Shown here: positions 27,225-36,693 of the stretch, one piece after another
How positions within the stretch are numbered: position 1 is the stretch's first letter
Layout of the letters: every line of letters begins with the position of its first letter
Source of the DNA: Candidatus Obscuribacterales bacterium
GTDB taxonomy: Bacteria > Cyanobacteriota > Vampirovibrionia > Obscuribacterales > Obscuribacteraceae
Direction: 5' to 3'
Assembly (NCBI GenBank): GCA_965228855.1
Contig: CBDDIJ010000005.1
Coordinates: 1,504,001-1,568,000, forward strand
Length of the DNA: 64,000 nt
Translations under genes and position numbers: made by a program
Notes under the pieces: model-generated
Database searches by the model: none
Told to the model about the DNA's origin: nothing
Seen by the model: the letters and a program-made list of their open reading frames with translations, nothing else

Positions 27225-28897
27225 GCCTCTGCTTCGCCGAAAGTAGGGTCAAGTTCAATTCGATAAGGGTGCCAGGAGCACTCATTGAAGAACTCTTGCC
27301 AGTATTGGAACACCTTCAAATCGTCCGGCGTCCCCCAACAAACGTAGTAATCGATCTCAAAGACGCGGCAATCAAGCCCCATCTCAGCCAGTTCACCAAT
27401 TAAGCTATCAACGTAAAACTCATTATTGACGCGCACATTTTTCTCCTGGAGGCGGTTGAGTCCTTCAAGAAGATACTGCGCTTTGCGGAACCAGAAACTG
27501 CCGACAATCGCGTGATCGTTTCCAGGTGTATCCGAAATCGGCACCTTGACTGAAACACCGACGATGCTATCCACGCCCGAAGGTGGAAAGCTGGAACTCT
27601 TCGCGCTCGCGCTGGAACCGTGCGCGGACGAGTTCGAACTCTGCTCGGTCTTGATCCAGCCGTATGCCTTCGGGTTTCGCTTGCTGGCAGGGTGATTTCG
27701 AAAGGTGAATGCCACCGCGTCCACTCTCTGATTATCAATCAACGTCTGAAATCTTTCTCGGTCATAGAGCATACCGTTATCACAAGCCCCGATGATAAGC
27801 GGCTTTTCGAGATCTACCGGAGGAGAAGCGTTTTCCACACCGAAGGCACATGTACACGCTTGCCCTTCTGTCACACGGTCCAGCGCAACGATGCTACATC
27901 CCGGATAGGCGCGGCCAAGCGCATCTTCAATGTTTGAACTTTCCAGATGTTCTTTCAGCGCGACGAACACATATCGTCCCGCCTGAGGCAAGCTATCCGT
28001 TGCTTGAACAACCATCGGCTTTCCACTCACTTCAATCAGCGGCTTCGGCGTTGAATAGCCAGCTGCGCTGAAGCGAGAACCATGACCAGCCATCGGCAAC
28101 AAGACCGTCGTATCAGGCGCGTCTGCCGCTCGTTTGTTTTCGAGCGCGCTTCGAAAGTAATCAGACCACTTCTGATACTCCTCCAAATCCTTGGGAGTTC
28201 CCCACTGCAACATGTGCGGGACCTCGTAAACACTCACAGGCAGACCATCGCGCACCATCAAGTTATAAATCATACTGACGTAGAATTCGCCATTGACTTG
28301 AACATCCTGCGCCATCAGCTCCGTAAAATACTTCTTCACGTGCCGACCGTGCCGGAAGTAATACGTCCCATTCGAGGCATACTCAGCCATTCGGTCATCG
28401 GTAAATGGCTGTTTCTCCTGAATAGCTTGCAGCCAGCGATCGTCATCCTTGATGAAGGCGTAATTGTCAGTACCCAACATGTGTGGGTGAAATCCGCGGT
28501 AAGACGGCACGCAGCCCTCAGCTTCGCGAGTGTGCGTGTCATTCAAAAAATCCGAATAATCCCAATCGGAATAGAAATCGCAGTAATTGACGATGACCTC
28601 ATCCTCATCATCAATCTGGTCTAAACACTGACTAACCGCATAGACCGGACCTTTCTTGTGCGGCTCAATCGCTACGATTCGACCGCTAGGCTTATACTGT
28701 TGAAGCACCGAACGTAGTGGCGTCGTTTCCAAATGCTCGCGATTGCAGATGAACAAAAAATTGGTTTCACCCGGAAACATATCAATGACATACGAAATAA
28801 TCGGTCTACCGTCGACGACGATGAGCGGCTTCGGCACTGTGTATCCAGCGTCGCCGAAACGTTTCCCGATTCCGGACATGGGAATTACTACTTGCAT
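27194..28897 (-). CDS. Tandem two-domain sugar-phosphate nucleotidyltransferase
   Basis: Two GT-A/NTase domains: VIPMSGIGKRF..AGY..PKPLI...VNGEFYV...WGTPKDL and LLPMAGHGSRF..AGY..PKPLI...VNNEFYV...WGTPDDL. Confidence 0.88.
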   Translation of the reverse strand: MQVVIPMSGIGKRFGDAGYTVPKPLIVVDGRPIISYVIDMFPGETNFLFICNREHLETTPLRSVLQQYKPSGRIVAIEPHKKGPVYAVSQCLDQIDDEDEVIVNYCDFYSDWDYSDFLNDTHTREAEGCVPSYRGFHPHMLGTDNYAFIKDDDRWLQAIQEKQPFTDDRMAEYASNGTYYFRHGRHVKKYFTELMAQDVQVNGEFYVSMIYNLMVRDGLPVSVYEVPHMLQWGTPKDLEEYQKWSDYFRSALENKRAADAPDTTVLLPMAGHGSRFSAAGYSTPKPLIEVSGKPMVVQATDSLPQAGRYVFVALKEHLESSNIEDALGRAYPGCSIVALDRVTEGQACTCAFGVENASPPVDLEKPLIIGACDNGMLYDRERFQTLIDNQRVDAVAFTFRNHPASKRNPKAYGWIKTEQSSNSSAHGSSASAKSSSFPPSGVDSIVGVSVKVPISDTPGNDHAIVGSFWFRKAQYLLEGLNRLQEKNVRVNNEFYVDSLIGELAEMGLDCRVFEIDYYVCWGTPDDLKVFQYWQEFFNECSWHPYRIELDPTFGEAEACQKKQIQVK

Positions 28898-28899
28898 GA

Positions 28900-30030
28900 T
28901 TACATCCGCTGCCGTGCTTTTTCCGCTTCCCAATTGAGCAGATATTGCTGCTCGTCATTGCTTAAAAACTGCACCTCATCCATGTCAGCATTGCTGAGCA
29001 TCATCACGTGCGCTTTCAGCACTTCTTCCAAACGCCTGCAGTGCTTGATTGTGCGATCGACTATAAACAGATGATCGTCAACGACGATAACCTTCGGCAG
29101 ATGCTGATACTTTTCGATGAAGTCTTTGATGGAACGTGCGTCGCCGAGCGACTTCAATCGCAGCCCCGCAGAACCGCAATAGACGAGCTGATCCGGCCAA
29201 CTCGGTCGCTCAATGATCAAATCCTCATTGCTCTTCAGTGCGTCAAGCAAAACCTTATCTTCGCAATAATATGAGCAAACCGACTCAGTCGAAACGGTTC
29301 GCATCAAGCTTGTAATCTGGTTGGTTAGCCGATAATGCGCCAGGTTTAACCCAAGATGCTCGCCGACTTTCGCAACCACTTCATTAGTCGAATCAATCAC
29401 TTCTTCGACCGTGGGAGCGGAAATTATGACACCATGATTCTCAAGGAAAACCTTCTTCGCTTTCGACTTCGTTTTCTTCGAAAGAGCAGAGCCATTGCCG
29501 CCGGTGTCCACAACTTTGTTCTCAGCCTCGGAAATCTCGTCCAGTTTGTCCATCAGCGCCAGCGCTAGCCGCACACCTGGAGTCTCATAATCAACGCAAA
29601 TCGCCTCCGGATAGAGCGACTGGATGACCGACTTCCAGTTCTTCCGGCACAAAAGTGCGGTCACCGCGATGGGATGAGTATGCAGCGTAAACGGCCCTAG
29701 CAGACAGTGCATCAGCGTCTCAATCGAGGGGCGTACGTCCGGAGTCTTCGAGCATTGCGCGACCGCCTTACCCGCTACCCTTTCCAGCTCGGTCTTCTCC
29801 AGCTTGGACTGCTTGCCTTTGAGGTTGCGCATGGTTTCAACCAATGCTGCGTGGTCCAGGCGACACGTCCCCGACGCATCCTTCACATCACTCAACGGCC
29901 AACCGGAAGCAGTAATCCAGAGTTCACCGTCGCGCACAAAGGAAGCGTTACCACCGCCGGCCTGACTCAAATCAAAGCGCTCGCCCGCAAACGAACAGAT
30001 ATTCACAAGCTCGTTTACTTCGACTGCCAC
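28900..30030 (-). CDS. Class II aldolase/adducin (AraD/FucA/RhaD-like) family protein
   Basis: GGGNAS, ITASG, RPSIETLMH, HTHP, YETPG, LENHGVII, PDQLVY. Confidence 0.85.
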   Translation of the reverse strand: MAVEVNELVNICSFAGERFDLSQAGGGNASFVRDGELWITASGWPLSDVKDASGTCRLDHAALVETMRNLKGKQSKLEKTELERVAGKAVAQCSKTPDVRPSIETLMHCLLGPFTLHTHPIAVTALLCRKNWKSVIQSLYPEAICVDYETPGVRLALALMDKLDEISEAENKVVDTGGNGSALSKKTKSKAKKVFLENHGVIISAPTVEEVIDSTNEVVAKVGEHLGLNLAHYRLTNQITSLMRTVSTESVCSYYCEDKVLLDALKSNEDLIIERPSWPDQLVYCGSAGLRLKSLGDARSIKDFIEKYQHLPKVIVVDDHLFIVDRTIKHCRRLEEVLKAHVMMLSNADMDEVQFLSNDEQQYLLNWEAEKARQRM

Positions 30031-30087
30031 AGTTTTCTCCTCAGAATGCGTACTAATTATATCCCTGTCCGTTCGCCGAAAAACAAC

Positions 30088-30780
30088 TTAGAAACTGCGA
30101 ATCAAAGTTTTCAACTGCTCGAAAGTTTCAAACTCGACAGCCAGTTCCGAAGACACGCTCGGTTTTTCCTGCTCCAGCCGCATCCAGAAGGAACGCATGC
30201 CAAGGTTTACACCACCCACGATATCCTTCTTCCAATTGTCACCAACGACGCAGGCGTCGGCGGCGTCGCATCCCAGTTTATTCAACGCCAGATTGAAAAT
30301 ACGCGCATCCGGCTTCTCGATACCAGCCTCTTCGCTGGTTACAATTGCCTGAAATCGGTTTTGAAAATTCAAGTGTCGCAGTTTTTGAAATTGAATCTGC
30401 GCGGTCAAATCAGTCACTATGGCAATCTGCATATACTTTATCGAATCGAGGAATTCAATCGCCCCGGGGCGCAATTCCATTTTTGAAATAAACCGCTCCC
30501 AATAAACGCGCTCCGCTTCCAGGCTGTGCAAGCACGGATCGAAGCCGAGCAGCTCGGAGACTCTCTGAAAGTAGAGCAGCCGGCTGTGCGATGATCCTTG
30601 GCCGGACAGTTCGCGATTTATTTGCGAGCGCCCTTCTTTGTACGCACCACCAACGGTGTCAACACCAAAACCGGAAGCATCGCTTAAAAACGTGATTGCC
30701 GCCTCGAGAGCCGGTCGATGAGCTGTTTCGTAGTCATAGAGCGTGTTATCAAGATCCAGGAGGACCGCTTTAAACGGCAT
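30088..30780 (-). CDS. HAD-superfamily hydrolase (subfamily IA)
   Basis: DLDNTLY, IVTD, EKPD, VGDNWKKDI. Confidence 0.93.
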   Translation of the reverse strand: MPFKAVLLDLDNTLYDYETAHRPALEAAITFLSDASGFGVDTVGGAYKEGRSQINRELSGQGSSHSRLLYFQRVSELLGFDPCLHSLEAERVYWERFISKMELRPGAIEFLDSIKYMQIAIVTDLTAQIQFQKLRHLNFQNRFQAIVTSEEAGIEKPDARIFNLALNKLGCDAADACVVGDNWKKDIVGGVNLGMRSFWMRLEQEKPSVSSELAVEFETFEQLKTLIRSF

Positions 30781-33016
30781 TAGCGTCCTCTCTTTCTTGC
30801 ATCAGTTCACTCAGCACAACCAGAACGAGCAACTGAACGAAACCTCTGTAGCCCTCGCGCCAGGCGATTTCTCCGGCGAAGATTTCCGCCCTGTTCACGA
30901 TGATCTCGTCTGCGAGCGTCGTCAACAAATCAGCAGTAACCGGTCGATACAGCGTGATCTCCTGGCGGGTCAAATCCTCGCTATAATCCCAGTAGACGGG
31001 AACACCTTGCGATGTCAACGCTTCGACTAAAAGCTCCAGCTGAATGCTTGAAGACAAACTCATGTGCAGGGTCAGCCGGTCTTCAAACATAGTAGCATCA
31101 GACACATTCGCGCCGGTAATCGCAGCAACCGAGGTCGACGAAGCCGATGGTTGCAACATCACGGAATTGTCCGCCGCAGAGGTCTCAGCTGCGGAACTCG
31201 ACACGGCGCTGCCGTTCTCGGTAGTTCGACCAACAGACATCTCGAATTCATCTCGCAAATAATACCGAATGTTTAAATCGGCAAATTCTCTTTGCGGCGC
31301 GATAAACCTGTCGGAGTCAGGTCTGCGACTTTCGATCTGTTTGATAATTTCGTCTTCGGTATAGCCGCGTTCCGTCTGATCGCGCAGCATTTTCCAACGA
31401 GCATTCAGCGCATAATCAGTATCCATGAAGATTTTGAAGTCGATGAGCTTTCGCATCTTCGGCAAATAAAAAGTGTGCAGACCTGAAATGATCACAAATT
31501 CATTGGGCTCCACTCTTCGAGGAGTCGTGAATTGCCCGGTAGAATGGTCGTATTCAACGCGTTGAGCTGCGCGACCGCGCTTTAAACTCAAGATAGTTTC
31601 TGCCTGCCGGTGCAAGAAGTTGGCCTTCGGGTCCAGGTGAGTAAGCTGCTTCCAATGCTCATCTCCACGTTCCCACTTATGATCACCGTCACCTTCGAGT
31701 TCAACCACTCTACCTGTCAACAGGTCTTTCACATCACCAAGCAAGGTGCTCTTACCGGCACCACTATCGCCACCAATACCGACAACTACGGCATGGTCGC
31801 GTTTATAAATCGAATTGCTTCGAACGCCGGCCCGATAGCACAAAACTATATTGCTCAACACGCCAACTTCGAGCAGAGTGAAGAAGCATGAGCGTAGAGT
31901 ATCTGAGCCGATTTTGAACTCCAGTGGTTGGCTGAGATAAACCAAACCGACGTAATCAGGGATATCGAACCAAACAAAATACAGGAGATAGAAAACGTTC
32001 AACCACAAAAACGGGGCAATTAGCTGCGGATTTTTTCGGTAGTACTTAATCAAGAATAGGCTCAAGAAAGGCGCCATCCAGACGTACCAACCAGGAGCCG
32101 GCACGATCAACATCACGACGAGAGAAAACACCAGAGCGAGAAAAGCATCCAACAAATCGGTATTGATCTTCGGATAAAGTGCAAACCGTCCATACGCCAC
32201 AAACAAAGCAAGAATAGGCAAATACAGCTTCAACTCACCTATGCTCGCGTACACTTCGAATAGCCTGCTTTGCTTGTGGTTCGCAAGCACGAGATGCTGA
32301 AACCCCGGACTCGTGAAGTAAGGGAACACGAAAAGCAGATAGACAGCCATGCTCACGATGCCGAAATTCACAACTTGCTCGAACTTGCGGTTGCGATACA
32401 GATATATTGCAATCAAGGGAAAGGCCGCGAGCACGTGGAGTTTGGTTGCCAGAGCCAGTCCATAAAGGATATACGCCGGCAAAAATTTGTTGTTCTTGAT
32501 ATAGAAAAACGACGCAAACAAAAACGCTGTCGGGATCAAGTCGAGCTGCGAATGCATAAAGCAGGCATAGAGCACAATCGGCGACAAGAAGTAGAACCAG
32601 ATCACATAACGCATCTGCTGAGGATGCATGCGAAAGAGAAACCATGCGATCGCACAGTCAGCGAGCAGCGTCGGCAGTTTAAACAGAAAATTGCGCAGCA
32701 AGACATTGTCCCAGGTCGCAAATAGTTTCAACGGCAAACAAGACAGCGACACGATATACAGCATCAACGGCTGGTACGGAAATTCGTCCTTACGCTCGCT
32801 GTGGAAATCAAAAAAGTTCCACGGATTGTCGAAGTAGTCGAGATAGTGGTGAACAAACGGAAGAAACAACTCGTTCTCAAACCCTGAAGAGAACAGGGTC
32901 ATAACAACAATTTTGAGCAAAAGACAAAACACCAACAAAGCCTTGAGTCCACTCTCAAGAGAACTCAAACTCGGTCGGCTCGATTCTTTTGTTGCTAGCG
33001 CGAGACTCTGACTCAC
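30770..33016 (-). CDS. Fusion: multi-TM GT-C-like (GT87/PIG-M-like) domain + phosphoribulokinase/uridine kinase domain
   Basis: About 10-11 TM N-half with FPYQPLM, KLPTLLAD, SPIV, HSQLDLIP, ALATK, PGWYVW. C-half VVGIGGDSGAGKST (Walker A), EGDGDHKWERG, YDHSTGQF, GLH, RDQTERG, FIAPQREFAD. Confidence 0.8.
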   Translation of the reverse strand: MSQSLALATKESSRPSLSSLESGLKALLVFCLLLKIVVMTLFSSGFENELFLPFVHHYLDYFDNPWNFFDFHSERKDEFPYQPLMLYIVSLSCLPLKLFATWDNVLLRNFLFKLPTLLADCAIAWFLFRMHPQQMRYVIWFYFLSPIVLYACFMHSQLDLIPTAFLFASFFYIKNNKFLPAYILYGLALATKLHVLAAFPLIAIYLYRNRKFEQVVNFGIVSMAVYLLFVFPYFTSPGFQHLVLANHKQSRLFEVYASIGELKLYLPILALFVAYGRFALYPKINTDLLDAFLALVFSLVVMLIVPAPGWYVWMAPFLSLFLIKYYRKNPQLIAPFLWLNVFYLLYFVWFDIPDYVGLVYLSQPLEFKIGSDTLRSCFFTLLEVGVLSNIVLCYRAGVRSNSIYKRDHAVVVGIGGDSGAGKSTLLGDVKDLLTGRVVELEGDGDHKWERGDEHWKQLTHLDPKANFLHRQAETILSLKRGRAAQRVEYDHSTGQFTTPRRVEPNEFVIISGLHTFYLPKMRKLIDFKIFMDTDYALNARWKMLRDQTERGYTEDEIIKQIESRRPDSDRFIAPQREFADLNIRYYLRDEFEMSVGRTTENGSAVSSSAAETSAADNSVMLQPSASSTSVAAITGANVSDATMFEDRLTLHMSLSSSIQLELLVEALTSQGVPVYWDYSEDLTRQEITLYRPVTADLLTTLADEIIVNRAEIFAGEIAWREGYRGFVQLLVLVVLSELMQEREDANAV

Positions 33017-33160
33017 GCGATTCGGCTCCCTCTTCTGTCGTCCTCACAATATTCCCCTAACTGTGGAGCAGCTTAAGATAATAAGCTTTATCAGTCAGAA
33101 TATTTAGTAATAAAGAAATTGGGGACGATAATAGTGGTCAAATCCACCCGGAGCATCTAG

Positions 33161-34975
33161 TTGTCTGGCAAAGTCTTGTTGTTCAGAGTTCTGATCTACC
33201 TTTTCGCCGTATTTTGGGGTGCGATTCAGGCCTGGAATTATCGCTTTGAGCTCTTCTTCGGAGACTCGCAAGCATACTTTGACATGGCGAATTACTACGC
33301 TCAAGGCGAGTTCAACAAGGCCGTATCGCTGTACTGGAGCCCGCTCTACCCGATGATTTCGGGCGCGATGTTCGCGCTGTTTAAACCTGACCCCTACTGG
33401 CAGTTCTTTCAAGTAAAATTCGTCAACCTGTTTTTTCTCGTAGTTTGCTTTCTGACATACGAGTTCTTCTTCGTCCAGCTTTATCGCTACTACCTCGAAG
33501 TCATTGTCAAAGCGGACCCTGAGCGACAGATCATAGATCGAAACACATTGCTGTTCAGCGGCTACGCATTACTAATTTTGTACTCGCTCTCGTTTGGAGG
33601 AGTCCACCAGGACACTCCCGACATGATTAATGCATGCACATTTTTCCTCAGCGGTGGGCTCGTTTTGCGCCTTCTCATTGAGCCGACCGTTCGTCATGCC
33701 ACCATATTCGGGGTGTCTCTTGGGCTCGGCTATCTATGCAAAGCAATCATGTTCCCAATGTCATTGATTTACGAGGTGCTAATTCTGATGCGGTTTGCGC
33801 CGCTCGGTTTCAACGTCAAAAGAAACTTTAAGTACACCGTTGTTTCCCTTGCCGTCATGTCGAGCTTCGCGGTTCCCTGGATCTGGACACTCTCGAATTA
33901 CCTCGGAGCCTTGACCTTCGGAGAAAGCGCCAAGTTTGTCTACATCAACCTGGTAGAGAACAAAGACCCGCTAACTGTCGAAGGATTGAAGCATCCGCCC
34001 CGAGTAATTTTCGAGAAGCCTCGTATCCGTGAGTACGCAACGCCCGTCAATGGAACTGTTCCATTCTTGTACGACCTCGGCTGGTGGACTTATGGTGCCA
34101 AAATTCACGTCAAAGTCTCAGACCTGGCGATGGTGATTTTGTGCGACCTGCTCTATTACTTCGAAACGTTCCTGGCTCTTCCCGCTCTCATAGCGGCATA
34201 CGTTGCCATCAAATCGCGCACCAACCCTCTCTCCTGGAAAAACGCAATCGCAACCGCCCCGATCTGGATACCGCCAGTAGCTCTGTGCGCACAATACGCC
34301 CTGGTAAACAACGTCTACATGATTCCGTACATCAATCGCTATTTCATCGCAGCTTATCCGCTGATGATGCTGGCTACATTGATAGCGCTCCGCGTTCCTC
34401 CGGACCCCGATGCCATTGTCGAAGAGAATCAATCGCAAGGCTCAAAATTGCTCGTCAGAAGAAACGTCATCAATAGCGCATGCGTCATAACCGCCGTGCT
34501 GTGCTTGGTTCTGGCAGCTCCGCGTTTCATCTATGATGTCAGCGGACTCGCACAACAACGACAAAACTCATGGTTTAAAATCGCAAAAGCCCTTGAGAGT
34601 GCTGGTATCAAATCCGGTGACCACGTCGCTCAACTAGGAGGCAGACTTCACCGCAACACTCAGTACACCGAGCCTAACAAAATCAAATTGATCGCCTCGG
34701 TTTACGACGAAGATTACTTTTGGACTCTCGACGAGAAAAAACGGGAGGAGGTTTACAGCGTACTTCGTAAAGCCGGAGCCAAAGCCCTCGTGTACGTCTG
34801 GACTCCGGATCTTGAAGACCCGATTATCACAAGAGACCTCGACATCTTTGCAAAAATCACGGGTGTGAAACTTAAGTCACCGTTTAAAGAATTTCCACTC
34901 CCTGCCAATCCGACCGGCTGGACGGAAGTTCCCGGCACGCAAGCATCCTTCTACATCCTCGGCAGCGGTGAGTGA
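33161..34975 (+). CDS. Multi-TM putative GT-C glycosyltransferase (paralogue A)
   Basis: GDSQAYFD, YWSPLYP, TPDM, GLGYLCKA; about 11 TM plus a soluble C-terminal domain. Confidence 0.65.
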   Translation: MSGKVLLFRVLIYLFAVFWGAIQAWNYRFELFFGDSQAYFDMANYYAQGEFNKAVSLYWSPLYPMISGAMFALFKPDPYWQFFQVKFVNLFFLVVCFLTYEFFFVQLYRYYLEVIVKADPERQIIDRNTLLFSGYALLILYSLSFGGVHQDTPDMINACTFFLSGGLVLRLLIEPTVRHATIFGVSLGLGYLCKAIMFPMSLIYEVLILMRFAPLGFNVKRNFKYTVVSLAVMSSFAVPWIWTLSNYLGALTFGESAKFVYINLVENKDPLTVEGLKHPPRVIFEKPRIREYATPVNGTVPFLYDLGWWTYGAKIHVKVSDLAMVILCDLLYYFETFLALPALIAAYVAIKSRTNPLSWKNAIATAPIWIPPVALCAQYALVNNVYMIPYINRYFIAAYPLMMLATLIALRVPPDPDAIVEENQSQGSKLLVRRNVINSACVITAVLCLVLAAPRFIYDVSGLAQQRQNSWFKIAKALESAGIKSGDHVAQLGGRLHRNTQYTEPNKIKLIASVYDEDYFWTLDEKKREEVYSVLRKAGAKALVYVWTPDLEDPIITRDLDIFAKITGVKLKSPFKEFPLPANPTGWTEVPGTQASFYILGSGE

Positions 34976-36693
34976 GGATGACAAACACTTCGAGAACCGC
35001 GACAAAAAGCGAGACGACACTCGTCGGTTGTCTCGTTGCAGCCGGTCTGGTCGTGGGTCTTATCCAAAGTATCACCTGGGTTACTCGAGTTGGCTGGGAC
35101 ACCGTTTCATACCTTGACCTTGCAGATTTGATTCGTCACGGCAACTTCCAGGAGGCCCTAAGTCCCTACTGGAGCCCACTCTATCCAATCCTAATTGCCA
35201 TCGCAAAAACATTCGCACCCGCTTTAGAAGTAGAACGAACAGTTATCTGCGTGCTTCAGTACATCTTCCTGATGCTCTACCTGGGCGCATCATGCCGCTT
35301 TTGGTCAGCCGTCCTGAAGGCGCAGAGCCGACTGAGCAACGAAGAAGAAACCACTCGCCTGCCTCGCCTTCCACAAATCGCTCTCATGGGAAGTTTGACC
35401 CTACTTTCCTGCCTGGCAGTTGGAGATGTCGCCGTCAAGGGACCGGACATGTTGTCGGCGGCGATCTATCTGACAGCCAATGCGCTAATTGTCACGTGTC
35501 TTTATCAAACACCATCCGTTGCTAGAGCCGCCCGCATCGGCTGCTTCATGGGACTGGCGTACCTTGCGAAGGCATTTTTTGTTAGCTGGGTTTTCCCTTG
35601 CGTTGCGCTGCTAGCGGTTTTTCGCAAAGACTATAATCTGACCTGGAAGCACCTGATTGCTTTAACGATTTCGATGCTTACAACGATGGCACTATATGTG
35701 GTGCCGCTATCTTTAAAACTGGGACATCTATCTTTTGGAGAGTCAGGCAAGTATCAAATTGTATTCTCTTCTAATGAACACATTCTGCCTATGGTACCGA
35801 TGGTGCATGGGTCGATACGCACGAAACATCCTGCCGCGATTCTGTTTCAGACGCCTGTCGTTTACGAGTTCGAAAAGCCATTCGATGTTTCCTATCCGCC
35901 CTGGTTCGATCCGCATTATTGGAACGACGGCATCGACTTAAAAATTGACTGGAAGCGGTACGACGAACTTTTAGTCGACAAAATTGTTTCACTCTTCTTC
36001 AGCTTTGTATTTTTCCTTTCGGTGCTCAAAATCGGTTTGAGTTTTTCTGCACGAAAGTTAGTTCCGTACTCGATACAGGAACTGAAAAGGACTTCTCCGG
36101 TGTGGCTGACGGCGTGCGCATGCAGCTCGCTATATATATTTATGTCGGCAGCAGTGAGCCGTTACTTTATGGGTTTTATACCAACAATGGCGGCGGCGAT
36201 TTTCCTCGCCTACAAAAGCCCAGACACAGAGCCAGTGGCTAAGCGCGAGCGACGCTGCCTCTGGTTTGTGACCGCACTCATACTGGTCGCATTCACACTC
36301 AAATCGCTTATGCACATTTATTTTTTTGTTCCAAAACTTGCCGAGAAAAATTCGCCTGACGCTCACTCCGCAATTGTTCAGAAACTCAAAGAACTCGGAA
36401 TTAAACCTCACGACAAGATAATGCGCGTCGCCCCCAACGAGGGCGGAGAATATTACTGGGCACATCTTGCCGACATACGCGTCGTTGCTGAATGTGCGTC
36501 GCCTGGAGAATTCTTGAGCATGAGCGCCACAAATGGAAATGAACTGGACGCCATCCTTCGCAGCAAGAAGATCAAGGCTATCGTACTGGATCGCACTAAC
36601 CGCAAACCCGGCGAGACCGCTCCAGCACCCACGAGCGCAGCTTGGCAGAATGTCCCGGGTACGAAATCTTATGTTCGTTTGGTGCCTCAATGA
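34972..36693 (+). CDS. Multi-TM putative GT-C glycosyltransferase (paralogue B)
   Basis: WDTVSYLD, YWSPLYP, GPDM, GLAYLAKA, YPPWFDPHYW. Confidence 0.65.
   Translation: MRMTNTSRTATKSETTLVGCLVAAGLVVGLIQSITWVTRVGWDTVSYLDLADLIRHGNFQEALSPYWSPLYPILIAIAKTFAPALEVERTVICVLQYIFLMLYLGASCRFWSAVLKAQSRLSNEEETTRLPRLPQIALMGSLTLLSCLAVGDVAVKGPDMLSAAIYLTANALIVTCLYQTPSVARAARIGCFMGLAYLAKAFFVSWVFPCVALLAVFRKDYNLTWKHLIALTISMLTTMALYVVPLSLKLGHLSFGESGKYQIVFSSNEHILPMVPMVHGSIRTKHPAAILFQTPVVYEFEKPFDVSYPPWFDPHYWNDGIDLKIDWKRYDELLVDKIVSLFFSFVFFLSVLKIGLSFSARKLVPYSIQELKRTSPVWLTACACSSLYIFMSAAVSRYFMGFIPTMAAAIFLAYKSPDTEPVAKRERRCLWFVTALILVAFTLKSLMHIYFFVPKLAEKNSPDAHSAIVQKLKELGIKPHDKIMRVAPNEGGEYYWAHLADIRVVAECASPGEFLSMSATNGNELDAILRSKKIKAIVLDRTNRKPGETAPAPTSAAWQNVPGTKSYVRLVPQ

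Noticed and set aside
30770..31800. Calvin-cycle phosphoribulokinase
   Set aside because: Fused to a membrane domain inside a glycosylation operon; no RuBisCO or other cbb genes nearby.
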